Assembly: GCF_006345805.1 (NCBI RefSeq) | Contig: NC_042999.1 | Location: 79,484,001 to 79,548,000, forward strand | Direction of reading: 5' to 3' | DNA length: 64,000 bases | DNA from: Octopus sinensis | Lineage: Eukaryota | In this document: positions 39,247-54,603 of the stretch, one piece after another | Numbering within the stretch: the stretch's first letter is position 1 | How the letters are laid out: every line of letters begins with the position of its first letter | Program-made: the position numbers and the translations under genes | Notes under the pieces: generated by a model | Told to the model about the DNA's origin: nothing | What the model saw: the letters and a program-made list of their open reading frames with translations, nothing else | Databases searched by the model: none

Positions 39247-40886
39247 TTATATGTATGCGTACATACATCATACCTAATTACACACATACATACAAACTCA
39301 CATACATACTTACACACACACACACATACATCTATGTATATGCATGTATACATCTGTGTGTGTGTGTTTGTGTGTGTGGTTATACACGCATCCAGATGAA
39401 TTCTATGAGACATAAAAGGTGTATTGTCTCGGTTTATTCCGTCAATTGAAAGATAACTACTAACAGGCTTTAGCTGATATACATACACACCTACACGCTT
39501 ACGTTAACAGCATTCGCATGATCCTGGTGTTTTCAAGGTGAAAGTTCTTTGAGATGATCAGCAAATATTTACTTTGAGGACTTACTCACGTCAAATGCCC
39601 ATTTACGCTCGACCTCACTTCACTCGTAACACAATCATAATTGTAGCAAGTGCAACTGGGTCGCAAACAAGCCACGTAACAAACTTGTAAGCTGCCGAGT
39701 TTTTAAAGGCAAGGGAATATACGTGCATTTATGTGCTTATAATCTATAATACGTGTGTGTGTATCTGTGTGTGTATTTAAGTATGTGTATATGTATGTGT
39801 AACTATGTGTGTGTTTACACGTATATAACGATGCATATGTATATATGAACTGAAATAAGATAACATGAACCGTAGAAAAAATAAACAAATAAATAAATAC
39901 ATCGCTACACTTAACCTGACATAGCGGGCGGGCGACCTGATGTTTATAGTATTCAAGTCATTTACAATTTCACTAAAGGCCGACGCCATTGTCTCCAGCG
40001 TTTTTAAAACAGATATGAAAGCAAGAGCGTCAAAGAAGATCTAAAGAGGGTTTCAAGAATTATATAAGGAAATTGATGGACAGTGAACATGCTAATCGCG
40101 TCATATATTGCGTTAATGAGCACTGCAGTGAGAACCAATACGGTGTGTGATTTACTTATACATAGATATACGAATTCATAACCCTACAAATATTATTTCG
40201 TCGTGAACTTAGGCTACTGAAAGCCTTTCTGGAACTTTCCATTAAGGTTTGAATCAATTATTTCGTCTAATTTTACAACTCACTGAGACTAGGGTATTTC
40301 TTCTTCCTAACATACTTCGAAAAAGTAGTGGAGACTGCTTAATAAAAAAATACAAATAAAGTATTATGTTTATCGTTTATCTTTTAATTCTTTTGTTCAT
40401 CAGACTGTTGAAGGTAGTCCTCCAAGTACATGGATACCTTTTCCTTCTTCCTCGCTCTCCCCCTCTCTCTCCCTCTACCACTATCACTCACTTTTTTTTA
40501 TAAGTCTAGATCATAATTTGCCTAAATCTTGCGGAACCACTACATTACCGGGATGTAAAAAAGTCAACGGCTGTCAAGTGATGGGGTGAGGGTGAGAGAT
40601 GATCCGGCATAAAGATATTCACACACGTATACTTTCATATACGCTCAATACACTACACACACACATATATATACGTACATATACACATATATACACACAA
40701 CAGCTTCCACAATATTCGACTACCAAATCGACTTGTAAGTCCGAGGCTATAAGAGAATATATTTACTCTAAGTGCCGCGCAGTGTGGCTGAATCCTAGAC
40801 CACGCGGTTCAAAGCGAGTTAACTTTTCTTGAAGTCTGGTCAGAGGGTTCTTCATATGCACTTACACTGAACTACTAGCTATACGT

Positions 40887-40949
<63 letters not shown>

Positions 40950-41059
40950 ATATATACATATATATGCAGTTACATGCATATGAATGTGTAGGTAGGGATA
41001 TACATGAATTATATTTTATGCATACATATACGCACACATATATGATACATGCATACTAC

Positions 41060-41102
<43 letters not shown>

Positions 41103-41114
41103 CAATATATATAC

Positions 41115-41149
<35 letters not shown>

Positions 41150-41237
41150 GATATATTATATATATACATATATAATATATACATATAATATATATATATA
41201 TACATATATATATACATATATATATATTATATATATA

Positions 41238-41281
<44 letters not shown>

Positions 41282-41344
41282 TATATATATAATATATTAT
41301 ATATATATATATATATATAATATATCTATATATATATATATATG

Positions 41345-41495
41345 ATTCTCTGCTTGTTTTTTCTGTGTCCCTTTCTGTAGAAGAGCGCAGGCTCGAAACG
41401 TAAAAGACTTTTTCTATTCCTGAGCGTTATACTATATATCTGTTTGTTTTGTACACCACCTGTCTTCAACTTTTTTTTTTTTCGTAACTCCCCTA
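41345..41495 (+). mobile_element. Copy of pLTR-like repeat in (TA)n, with hammerhead-like motif at 41371-41406
   Basis: CTTT-CTGTAGA-A-GAGC(GCAG)GCTC-GAAAC-GTA-AAAG; flanked by (TA)n on both sides. Confidence 0.7.
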
Positions 41496-41501
41496 TATAT
41501 G

Positions 41502-41532
<31 letters not shown>

Positions 41533-41542
41533 CGATATATAT

Positions 41543-41573
<31 letters not shown>

Positions 41574-41616
41574 GTATGTATATATATATATATGTATGTA
41601 TATATATATATATATA

Positions 41617-41725
<109 letters not shown>

Positions 41726-41743
41726 ATTTTATATATCTTATAT

Positions 41744-41778
<35 letters not shown>

Positions 41779-43010
41779 TTGATGGGTGGAGGGGGAGAAA
41801 AGAAATATATTAATCAGACATAAACTGAGATGTGAAGAGCTGAAAACAATTTTGATCACCATTGACTGACGTAATCCATTTTTAAAAAAATAATTTTTCG
41901 TGTATGTAGAACGAGTAATGTATGTATGTGTCTGCGTATATGTAATTTCTCCTCACTTTCATTTTTCTCTCTCATACTTTCTTTAATTCTTTCTTCTCCC
42001 CCTTCACCGTTCCCTATCTGTCCGTCTCTTTCTCACTCTTCCCCCTTTACTCTCTCTCTCGTTGCTCTCACGGGGCCATCGGCCATCTTTCTTTTCCTAA
42101 CTTGAACTTCTTTCTTTCCTTTTGATCTGCCACACAGATCACACGCATTCTTGTCTGTCTCCTCTTCTATCTTTACTCGTGTCGGAGTTTGTTTCTCCAG
42201 GGTTAGCCACCTCACTTCGTTATAGCTTAGCAGCCCTTACTGTTTGTTTTGACTGTTCTGTAAATCCCAAATTTTATTATGCTTTGCGGGAGCAACTGTT
42301 TTCTCAATGAAACATCTTGTAACTGCTCGAAATGTGGAGTAGATAATCAGCCTACAGCTGATGAAGGGTCGTTCTTTATGTCTAGTTTTACATTTTTCTC
42401 AATCCTTATTCGCAAAAAAGTTCGTATTCCTTTGTTTTCGTATTTCGTATTTTATGTTGTTTACGTTTTATGACGTCCTGTACCCATTTATGCATGTATA
42501 TGTATGTGCATATATGTATGTATATATGCATATATATATATATTTATATATATTATTTTTACTTATATATTGTTTATTCATTTCTTTTTACTTTTTGTGA
42601 TCTAGTTATATGTTTTATAAAAAATTTTCTTTTTCTTTATGATTTGGTTTATGTCTATCATTATTTGAATTACATAATAGTGTTTTTTCTTTAATTTATA
42701 TATATATATGTATATATTTATTTGTCTATGTGTGCGTGTGTGTGTGTAACTCACAGTAATTCAAGTAGGCTTACAGTCGACCGATCCGCAGGTTGTGTGT
42801 GAATATGTGGGTATGTGAGTGCGTATGTGTGTGTAGTGCTTATAAGGAAGACAATTCGATAAGCGAGTTTGATTAATGTTTTTATGGGTGTGTATGTTTT
42901 TCTCTCTTTCTTTCTCTATTATCTGCATTCGCCCAAGTTTGAGTGCATTCGCATAGCTGTAATACACACATACATACACACACACACACACAGATATATA
43001 GATATATATA

Positions 43011-43095
<85 letters not shown>

Positions 43096-44021
43096 ATATC
43101 TATACACACATTTGACAGAGAGTGTGAGAGAGAAAAAAGGTAAAGATACTCGCCTACAAACATATAACACATATACATATAAAGGCAGATAAGTTTATAT
43201 AATCATACATCAATATAAATATCACAAAATAAATACGCGCACCCACGCACATATACACACACTCACACACTCATAAACACACGCACATGTATTACACAAA
43301 TACCTGCCCAATAGCATTTTATATTCACTGATGCAGGAACATATATAACAAAATCGTGACAAGCTTTTTAGGCTGACGCCTATTAACAACAATAGGACAA
43401 TAACAGCAACAACAACTACAAATGCAATATCTGTGAATACAACCAAAACACGACAACGGTAACATTGAGAAGTTCAATAAAAGTGACCATTATGTAAAAT
43501 ACCTTCTCACCCCACATATCTCCCTTATTTGTAGAGGGTTATTATTGTTGTTCTTACTATTGTTGTTGTCGTGATGTGTTTGTTTTACTTTATCAGAGAA
43601 CACCAGAATAGCTCAGCTGACTTGAATGACTTGAATCGGGAGCAGATACAGAAAGGATTAAATGGCGCTAACTTACACATACATACACAAACGCACGTGT
43701 CACGATTATTACCAGCATGATCCTCCTCTTTCTTACACATACACATACACACACCCACACGCACACAAAACACACATAAACACACACACTCACTCATACA
43801 CATACATGTAAACATATACTTATAGGTGCGCCTGAATGAACTTGTATTGAATTCTCATTATCTTAGTTGTAGAATTGCAGGCTACAACTCATCCACAGTT
43901 AATTATGTGTGCGTGTTTCTTTTATCTACAGTTATATAGAAAAACAGTCAAACATTACACTCAAGTATTACTCAATATCTTCAGGAGGGTGCCATACGTA
44001 TTTTATTTCTAAAAGTTCGGC

Positions 44022-44171
44022 GTGTGGTAAGTAGCTTGCTAACCAACCACATGGTTCCGGGTTCAATCCCACTGCGTGGCATCTTGGGCAAGTGTCTTCT
44101 GCTATAGCCCCGGGCCGATCAATGCCTTGTGAGTGGGTTTGGTAGGCGGAAACTGAAAGAAGCCTGTCGTA

Positions 44172-44260
<89 letters not shown>

Positions 44261-44477
44261 TTGTGTGTCTGTGGTTGTCCCCCTAGCATTGCTTGACAAC
44301 CGATGCTGGTGTGTTTACGTCCCCGTCACCTAGCGTTCGGCAAAAGAGACCGATAGAATAAGTACTGGGCTTACAAAGAATAAGTCCCGGGGTCGATTTG
44401 CTCGACTAAAGGCGGTGCTCCAGCATGGCCGCAGTCAAATGACTGAAACAAGTAAAAGAGTAAAGAATAAAAGAGAG
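44022..44477 (+). mobile_element. SINE family A
   Basis: B-box GGTTCAATCCC; colinear with 30493-30905; expanded internal (TA)n. Confidence 0.88.
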
Positions 44478-45384
44478 TTACTTCGAATAACTTCGAATAT
44501 ATATATACATGTGTGTGTGACTGTGTGGTTAATTTGATTTCTTGTGATAAACATCAACACTTCTTGTCTGACCAACTTTTTTAATGTGATAAAATCATAT
44601 TTCAGGAGCTAAATCATATTGCAGAAACGAATCACGAATCATTTATGTAAAACACATTTTACTCTTTAACTTGCTGAGTCTTGAGGAAACACCAGTGGCC
44701 ATGACACTTACGAGTTCTCCGAAACCCGTGTGCTTGGGCCGCTAATATGACTTTCGAAATGTTGCGAGTCAAAATCTAAAAGGAAAAAATTACATGTACA
44801 GAGAGAAGATTCAAGAACGACCGATAACTTGAGAACGAAGGACTAGACATGAGGCTTGTGTGCTAACAAGACTGGTTGAAATAGGGGCGTTATCTCGAAA
44901 GATGAATACTTTAAGGATGCATGACTGGAAGAAATACGAGATCAGTCAGCTGCGAGGAACAAAAGCCGAAATAGTAGCAATAAGAAATACAGGAGCTGGA
45001 TCAGAGGCTGGAATGTTATTTCTTCATTTCGTACCTTCGGCAGTACGGACATTATACAGATGCAAACCAATGGAGAAAGTTTCAATTTATGATCAATGAA
45101 AATAGTCTTATCACAAAAGTGGTTGTGCGGAAGATGAAATGGCAAATGGAAGAATACAAAGGGAAGGATGAAGGAATATTTATACAATGAAGAATATGCA
45201 ATTTCTATAAGTAATCGGGTGTGGGAAAAGAAGCTTTACTGGAAGTGCAGATTACAGTTGAAATATCAAGTACCAGACAGTTTTGTTTCTTTGTAACAAT
45301 AACCAGTCGATCTACTTGGTTATATATACATGTATTTTATAACACATACATATTATACACACACATAATGAGTATATGTGAGGG

Positions 45385-45455
<71 letters not shown>

Positions 45456-45527
45456 ATACATACATACAAATATATATAAATATATGTGTATATGTGTGTG
45501 TATGCATATGTATGTCTGCATATTGTA

Positions 45528-45611
<84 letters not shown>

Positions 45612-46629
45612 TGTATTTAAGATATTTTGCTTACTAATTATATTCTATATAACAGTCACACCCTTTCATGTAACTACTTTCTGTCTTGAACAATGAACAT
45701 TATTATTATTATTATTATTATTATTGTTATTATTGTTATTGTTGTTGTTGTTGTTGTTATTATTATTATAATCATCATTATTATTATTATCATCATTATC
45801 ATTATCATTATTATTATGAGTGTTGTTTAAGATGATGAGCTGGCAGAATCGTAAGCACACCGAACAGAATTGTCAACGGCATTTCTTCCAGGTTTTTATG
45901 TTCCAAATTCAAATGCCACCAAGTTCAATTTTGCCTTTAATGCTCTCGTGGGCCATAGGATAAAGTAGCAGTTGGAATTGCTCATATCGAGACCAACTGC
46001 TCTCCCATGCATGATCACTGGTCTTCTACCTAAATAAGACAAACAATATTGTTATTGTTAAAGCGCCGAATTGGCAGAGTTGTTAAAAAATGGGAGAAAA
46101 TATGTAGCAACATGTCTTCTTGCCTTCGGACTCCATAAGATAAAGTAGCGGTCAAGGACTGAGGCCACCTGAATCGATAAATCCTATCTCCAAATTTCTA
46201 AGCTTATGCCATGTTAAAACAATGACTCGATGGTTTCTGACCTTATACCATTTTGATATAACGGGTCTATGTTTTCGATTTATCTCCTCCCCTCAGAATT
46301 ATTGGCTTCATGCCAAGATTAGAAACCATTTTTGTTGTTAATATGCGAGGTATGTGAAGTTGAAGAATCAGTAAAGTGTCGAACCAAATGTCTTGTGGTG
46401 TTTGTTCCGTTTCATCTTACATCCTGATTTCTGACTGGTAACATTGCCTTTGATCACTCCAGGATCGATAAAAGGAAGTACCATTCAAGTATTGAGGTCG
46501 ACTGAATCGATTAACACTATTGACCTATTTCTGACCTTACATCATGTTGAATCAACTGTACAATGTTTGGAAAGTCTTTTGGGAGACGAAATGCTTTGCA
46601 ATCTTTCTTCTAATATTTTACTTCCTCAA

Positions 46630-46845
46630 GGCGGCGAGCTGGCAGAAACATTAGCACGTGGGTTGAAATACCTAGTGGTACTTCATCTATCTTTACGTTC
46701 TGAGTTCAAATTCCTCCAAAGTCGACTTTACCTTTCATCTTTTCGGGGGCAAATAAATTAAGTACCAGTTGCGTACTAGGATCGATCTAATCGACGTGTC
46801 CCCTCCTCAAAGTTTTCGGGCCTTGTGCCTAGAGTAGAAAAGAAT
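46630..46845 (+). mobile_element. tRNA-derived SINE, family B (older diverged copies lie at about 45835-46620)
   Basis: GGCGGCGAGCTGGCAGAA head, GAGTTCAAATTCC B-box, GTGCCTAGAGTAGAAAAG tail; homologous to 57390-57777, 49773-49972 and 48185-48307. Confidence 0.82.
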
Positions 46846-46909
46846 ATTTTACCTCCTCAGTTCAATTCTTACTAAAGCCAATCTCTGCCTTGAATTCATT
46901 CAAAGTGAA

Positions 46910-47222
46910 GGCGCATGGCTTAGTTGTTAGAGTATTCTGTTCACGATTGTAAGGTCCTGATTTCGATTCCAGGTGGTGCGTTGTATCTTTGAATAACACC
47001 CTTTATTTTACGTTACTCCAATCTTGTAAGCTAGTAGAAATAAGTTGTACCTTTAATACAAAAGACCAGCCTTATGACATTATGCGTCACACTGATTCTC
47101 TCTGAAAGAGTGCACGTGTCTGAGGAGTGCTCAGCCACTTGCACGTCAATTGCACGGGCAGACTGTTCCATTGATCGGATCAACAGGAACCTTTATCGCC
47201 GTGACCGACGGAGTATACGTTC
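46910..47222 (+). mobile_element. SINE family C, diverged
   Basis: GGCGCATGGCTTAGTTGTTAG A-box, TTTCGATTCC B-box; body is the reverse complement of 13722-13910. Confidence 0.7.
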
Positions 47223-48636
47223 ATGTTTGAAAAAAAAAAAAAAATTACCAGCCATGTACTAGAGTCGATATCATCATTGTTACTTCCAGCTCTAACAAAT
47301 TGTTGGCCTTCTTTCTAAATCAGAGAATTTCTAAATCGATGTACTTACGTGAGAAACTTTTTTTCATGCGGGGTGAGAAATAAAACGGGTGAGAATGTCA
47401 AACACGAATATATACACATGAAATTTGTACCGAGTGCAATTTCCTCTGTGATGCATAGGGTAGTGTGATATCCTTTATGTATCCGTTAAATATTAACCTG
47501 AAATAGCATTGGATTTCTATTGGATGAAGCATTAACCTCGTACACCTATAAAATTAGATATTCTCTTTGACACCGCTTGCTAAAGAGCTCATGGCTACAA
47601 GATTAATGTCGTCTAGCTCGCTGCATAACAACAGAAGAGACTTTCAATTTGATTCACCGTGGGACAGTTAAATAAGCACAAGTAGGTTAATGAGATCGAT
47701 ATTGACGTTTAAACAGACTCTTTAAAACAAAAATTATGAAAAAAGAAACGAAAACAAGTTAGATTTCAGCTAAGTCCAGTTTTTGAAGTAGAAAACTAGG
47801 CATAAAGTACGAGTATTTACAATTAGACTGAGATCATCGAAGAATATGTGTATGCGTATGTGTGTGTTGTCTATGTATGTATGTATGTATATATGCATGT
47901 ATGTGTCTGTCTAGCATATTTATACATATTTCTGTTTATACGTACACATACATATATATCTTGATGTACTTATGTATGAATGCGTGTGCATGTGTGTGTG
48001 GATGCACACACACACACACATATATATATATGATGATGATGATGATGATGATGATGGTGATGAGGATGATGATGATGATGGTGACGATGATGATGATGAT
48101 GAGGAGGAGGAGGATTCCCATATGATTCTCTATCGATCAACAATATACTTTGACCGCCCTCTTGAGCTCCATAAATAAAGTTTATATCGACCCCAGTGCG
48201 TAACTGGTACTTAATTCATCGACCCCGAAATGATGAAAGGCAAAGTCGGCCTCCGCGGAATTTGAACGCAGAACGTAGCGATGGGCGAAATACCGCTAGA
48301 CATTTCGTAGTAGTAGTAGTAGTAGTAGTAGTAACGGCAATTGGAAGTGGGAAATACAAAGGTTGTGGTCTATGAGGAGAGTAGACGTGATACCAATAGT
48401 AATAGGCGCACTTGGAAGTATCAGCACCCAACTACCAGCATGACTCAAAAAGCTTGATACAAATGTAGAGATAAAACACCTAAAAAAAAAAATCAGCATT
48501 GCTTGAAACTGCAAGAATTTTTCTCATGGTTCTTGAAACTTGACCAGTAAGCGAGTGTTACCTTAGTCTGCTGGCTGGGGACAGCTGACTATTTCCATCG
48601 TACCCAGCAACATAAGCTGAGAGTTTTCATCAAATG

Positions 48637-48673
<37 letters not shown>

Positions 48674-48674
<1 letters not shown>

Positions 48675-49145
48675 GCCATGTAAAGATGGGCTACAGCAAA
48701 TATTCTGCTCAATACCACAGATTTGCTTGTCAGTTGTTTGACCTTAACCAGTTGAGCATGTCCCTTAGTGGCTGATGATATGTGCATCTCTGATCACAAG
48801 CAGAAGTAGTGGGGGAGTATCATAGCCATGTGTTGAGAGGGAGTCTTTGGGGTTTGAATAATTCACCTCTGGAAACATGGGTATTTCGTTCAACATCCTT
48901 AAACAACCCTTACTCAGGGACCTTTTGAGCGGGATGGGTTACTCGACCAGAAGAAAATTCTAACTGGGCCCCACCTGCGAGGTCATGTGCTGTTTATCTT
49001 GATATGAGATCATCATGTCGCGCACATATGGTTGTGATGCATGTACCTGGTGTACCCTTATCAGACGGGTAGTCATGATGGGTATACTGGACTTCGTATA
49101 TTTTACCCCAGTGTTACTTTGATGGCATGCACTGCTCTCTCACTC
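48674..49145 (+). mobile_element. 472-bp non-coding insertion in (AAT)n, probably the end of a TAA-targeting non-LTR retrotransposon
   Basis: Sharp boundaries with (AAT)n on both sides (48639-48673 and 49146-49166); strand and family are inferred. Confidence 0.5.
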
Positions 49146-49772
49146 AATGATAATAATAATAATAATAGACACAATACAAGGCTTGAAATTGTGCAGGATG
49201 GGGCTGGTTATTTACGCCGTTTCCAATGCTCAACTGGGACTTACATCATTAACTCCAGAAAGGATGAAAGACAAAGTCTGTCTGAGTGGAATTTGAACTC
49301 ACTTTCGAAATGAGCCGGAAGAAATAACTCAGCTTTCTGGGAGTCGAAACTATATCAATAGATGTCATTATTTTGAAATTATCGGTTATAATATGGATGG
49401 AATACACCTCTTCCGTACTATAAATCGCTGGCACACTGCCAATGTTTCAGCAACCAGCGCCAATGCCACCATCACTAGCACCATATCTACTGCTTCCTCC
49501 CATCACCACTTTTACTACTGCTGCCCCCACCACCACTTTCACTATACGGCTGCTCCCATGATTTGGGAATGGCGGAAATAACAGGATGGCAAAGTAAATG
49601 TTTGTATTTAGATACCTACTTTGTTATCTGGAGAACACTGGCTTACAGTAGCCAATTTACAGGCTGAGAGACATTGATGAACAGATAACAACTGATGTCT
49701 AATTCTCTAAAATGCCCGCCTCTCACCTCTAAATATTTTTTGACCCATACTAATTTAAGATGAAACAATTGC

Positions 49773-49972
49773 TTATTCTTTTCTACTCAAGGCAGAAGGT
49801 TCGAAATTTTGGGGGTAGAGGTCAGTCGATTAGATCGATCACAGCACGCAACTGGTACTAAATTTATCGACCCCGAAAGGATGAAAGCAAAGTCGGGCTC
49901 GGCGGAATTTGAACTCAGAACCTAAAGACAGACGAAATACCACTAAACATTTCGCTTGGCGTGCTAACGATT
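49773..49972 (-). mobile_element. SINE family B
   Basis: Reverse complement of the 46630-46845 family. Confidence 0.8.
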
Positions 49973-50178
49973 GGTAATAATGTTTTGCACACCTACAGCT
50001 ACCTACATAAATGCATATAATATATATGAACGCACATATACACAAATGCATATACACGCATGCATACTTTGGCATACATTCCTATACATAGGTACGTACA
50101 AACATACATGCAATATGTATAGATACATACTTACAGACACACACATGTATATACGCACATATAGACACATACACACAC

Positions 50179-50267
<89 letters not shown>

Positions 50268-50567
50268 CATACACACTCATTCAAATATACTCAATATACA
50301 CATGCACATACATATTCACTTTCATATACATGTATACTCATATATATATATATATGTATAGGTGTTTGTGTGTGTAATTGTATATATTTGTGTGCTGCGC
50401 ACGCGCAAGTGTGCGTGTGTGTATAAAATGTTTTTGATGGAGAAGCAGAGACATTCGTGAATGAATAATTTGAAGTCTCTTTAGTGTCATGTACGAAACT
50501 CTCAGACTTTTAGTCACTTTTGAAACGTTCTCCTGATTAAAAACAAAACAAACTAATTAAAATATTG

Positions 50568-50625
<58 letters not shown>

Positions 50626-51128
50626 TGCATGAAGCTTTATTCCTATTTATCTTACCACATACATACAATACAGATACAAAACACACAAACATATCTGCAA
50701 ACATTAGAATAAATATAGTTACCACGGACATTATAATGAACTTTTCATAACGTTTTCAATCCTATTATAATTGTATGCTATTTTATTTTTAATATAAAAT
50801 TACGTAAATGTCAATTTAATTACGGTTAAAGCATGACTAATTAGCTAGCTGGTTGTCCGTCTGGCTGGTTGGCTGAGTGGCAGGCAGGCAGGTAGGGCCT
50901 ATGTATTGCCGAATGTACACATTTATTAAACAAGTGAATCATTCATGGTTGCGGGGAATATTTTCAGTATTAAATTATGACAAAATAAAGTGTTTTCATA
51001 TTAGATTTAGAAAACACATTTTCATAATGATAAATCATCCAGAGACTATCAAAGCAATTTTATTAAAACACATTTATATATTTTTATTGTCGCTGTAAAA
51101 TATAGGAAAATGCAATCTTGTAATAGTG

Positions 51129-51201
<73 letters not shown>

Positions 51202-51450
51202 TGATGATGATGATAATAAAAAGCAATTGTTTCAATTATTTTTCCCACCAGGACTCATCGAATACTTAGAATAACGTGTTACAAAGTGTGAGGAAATGTG
51301 TATACATAGTTATATTAAAAGAGCAATGGTGTTATACAATATATCAAGAGATATTAGAAATTCGTAAAATGCACGTAAATTGCACTGTATATATATATAT
51401 ATATATATACGAATATATATAGATCGATTGATAGATAGTTAGATAGATAT

Positions 51451-51508
<58 letters not shown>

Positions 51509-53405
51509 TGTGAACAAGTGATTGAAGTGATCGAGCAGATTATCAGATGTTGTTATACATCGCTGGTTACAATGCACTTTGTATCGTTTTACCTTTCGAA
51601 TGATACCACCCCGGTGGCTAGGCAAGCTGGCCTACAAGTATATATATATATGTGTGTGTGTATGTGTGTGTTTGTGCGTGTGTGTGGCTATGTGTGCCTA
51701 TGCATTTGTGAAACTAGTAAGAGCAACCACATACACATTAGTTCGAAATAACCCAGCTGTTAGAATGGTAGTCAATAAGTAACATCTCATTTTTGCTCTG
51801 TTGTATCTCTAGAAGCTCATAGCCTGTTTCAAAACTCGAATTTACATCAAGAATCTTGCAAGTAGTAGATTGCTAATGAGAATCAAACCATGTTTGTAAT
51901 TTTGCTGGATATCTTCTTCCAGGACTTCTTCAAGAGCTTTTATCAGCCTTCCGTTGACGATTCAAAGGACTGGGAACTTTATTCAGTTGTTCCTAGATAT
52001 ATGCTCTCTCATATCTTCATTAATTTTACTCTTGGATTCTGTATCTATTTCGTATGGGGAAGAGTGTAGCACTTTTCTTCCAGTCTCATCGGCGGTTTGC
52101 CAACTGTAGCTATCCACCACATAGTAACCATCGACGCAAAACAATTAATTGATACTTGATCTTTCCCAGATGACACCGTAATTGTCAATTCCTAACACTG
52201 ACGACAAGACAATTTCTCCGCTAATGTCAGAGCTGCCATTAGAGCAGCAGTGGAAACAGGTACGAGTATTTTCATTGTGTTCTTATGGTGTTCTGCTGGT
52301 TCCAACTATTTTTCTTGGATATTCTATCATCTCAAGGAGTAAATCATTTAAGCAAATCTCACACCTCCACATACGAAACCGTGTGGGTCTCTACCTTGCA
52401 CCACTTTCTTTATCGCTTTTCTGTCTGAACTCACACTGGGGTACAACTTCAGGATTATTCTCTAATCTCCGGATTCTAAACATCAGAAATTTTGTGCCCA
52501 TGAAAAACTTACCTGACCCCATTTCTTTTCGCGTCACATGGGCGCTCATCAGCTGACGTTGTGTGACAAAGGTAAAGATGAGCTAAGGATCAACAGCGTA
52601 AACGTTGTCTCTTGCTGTGACACAGGTGTTATCCATTTCGACTTTATTTCTTGCTCTGTCTCCAATTTTGAAGGCCAGGCACTCACTTTTCAATAACCTA
52701 CTCCTATCGATGGTACCGTAAGTGTTTCTTTTCTGTTGTCCACTCTTTGATAAATTCCACGGAATAAACAAAAAAGACAAAAGGAGAAACTTCAAAATAA
52801 AAAGAACAGACATGCTGTTCATCCCACGTATCAAGTGGACAAACCTTTCGAAGGCTCTTGTACATAAAAGTTTTTGTCCAATAACAACAACGAAATTAAC
52901 AGCAACAACAACAGCAACATTGTTAACAACAACAATAACAAGAGCAAAGATTATGATGACGGTAGTATTGCTTGTTAGAGGAGATGATGATGATAATGAT
53001 GATGATGATGATGTTGACGACGACGACGATGAATTAGATGACAACTTCTCATTTTAATTTGGAGTGTCAACTTCAAAAAAGAATAAAAATTCAGAAACAG
53101 CTATTTTATGAACTCTGAAAATATAAAGCATATTATAGAATAAAACTTGTGTGGAATAAAGAAACCACGTGCCTTCATGGCCAAGAATGACGCTTCGAAA
53201 GCTGATTGGTCAGAGTCTGATCTCAATGCGCGGCACATTGTACTGTCTATCATAGTGGCAGGTGAAAGGCCGGACAGTATTTTCGAAGAGATGGAATATG
53301 CAAGATGGAAGCTTTCCACACGTCCGTTGTGTAATATATAAACGAATTAATTCATGCTCTCTCGAAAGTTTATAACATTCTTATGCCATCAAAAGGATAT
53401 ATATA

Positions 53406-53574
53406 GGCGCAAGAGTGGATATGTGGTAAGTAGATTCCTTACCAAGCACATGGTTTTGAGTTCAGTCCCACTGCGTGGCACCTTGGTCAAGTGTCTTCTA
53501 CTATAGCCTCGGGCCGACAAAAGCCTTGTGAGTGGACTTGGTAGACGGAAACTGAAAAGAAGCCTGTCGTATAA
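53406..53574 (+). mobile_element. SINE family A, 5' half only
   Basis: Head through GAAGCCTGTCGTATA, then an abrupt switch into LINE RT sequence. Confidence 0.85.
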
Positions 53575-54603
53575 ATATACATAAACGACGTTTCCAGCGT
53601 CGTAAATCACTGCAAAGTAAAAATATTTGCTGATGACACTAAGCTCCAGCAAATCATTAATGAAGAAGAAGACCGAACTCAACTCCAGTCTGATCTATAT
53701 GCTGTGAGTCAATGGGCAGACAAAAACAAAATGCAACTAAACGAGGGAAAATTTGAGCTGATGCATTTTGAAAGAAAGTCTATACTAAAACAGCCATACT
53801 CTCTTCCTTCAGGGGAACCACTCACAGCATCTAATAATATCAGAGACCTAGGTGTAACTGTTGACAACCATCTCAGTTGGAGTGCCCACATTAACAATGA
53901 GGTCGATATAGCCCGTAGGATGAGCTCCTGGATCTTAAGAACCTTCCGGTCTGGAGAACAAGGTGCCATCATTCCACTTTTCTCCTCCTTTACGCGGCCA
54001 CACCTCGAATACTGCTGCCCCTTGTGGTTTCCCCATACAAAGCAAAACATCTCGAAAATTGAATCACCCCAGAGGGCACTCACTAAACGAACTGAAGGCA
54101 TAACTGATTTCGATTACTGGGACCGCCTTAAAGCCTTGAAACTCTACTCTCTCCAGCACCGCCGCGAGAGGTACATCATTTGTACGATGTGGAGAATATA
54201 CTGCCAGCATTGCCCAAACGACCTGAACATTAGTTCCAAGGTTCATTCAAGGCTGGGACCAAAGGTCATACGTCCCCTGCCCAATTCAGGATCACAACAT
54301 ATAGGTACACTGCGGCACAATTTCTTTTCCTCCACAGGCCCTGCTCTCTTTAACATTGTCCCAAAACTGATCAAAGAGGAAAAGGATCCCATCACCTTTA
54401 AACGGAGTTTGGACATATTTCTTCAAGGAATAACAGATAATCCACCCATACCTGGATATAACTCACTCAGCAAGAACTCACTACTTGAATGGACCATAAA
54501 CAAAACTTGACTTTAAAAGAATTTAGATCCTATCAGGTGGGGCTATTAAGTTAGACATGGCCTGGACTAATCTTTGGTCAAAACATATCTAAGTTTTATC
54601 AAA

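Noticed and set aside
39590-39655. Possible 66-nt minus-strand exon (CAG acceptor, GTGAGT donor)
   Set aside because: Weak polypyrimidine tract, no recognisable peptide and no partner exons; expected by chance.
47349-47498. Possible minus-strand exon (TATTTCAG acceptor, GTAAGT donor)
   Set aside because: Stops in all three frames; could only be non-coding and cannot be supported without RNA data.
53147-53341. 64-aa ORF in unique-looking sequence with E-box and CCAAT motifs
   Set aside because: No domain similarity or splice support; short motifs alone are insufficient to call a promoter.
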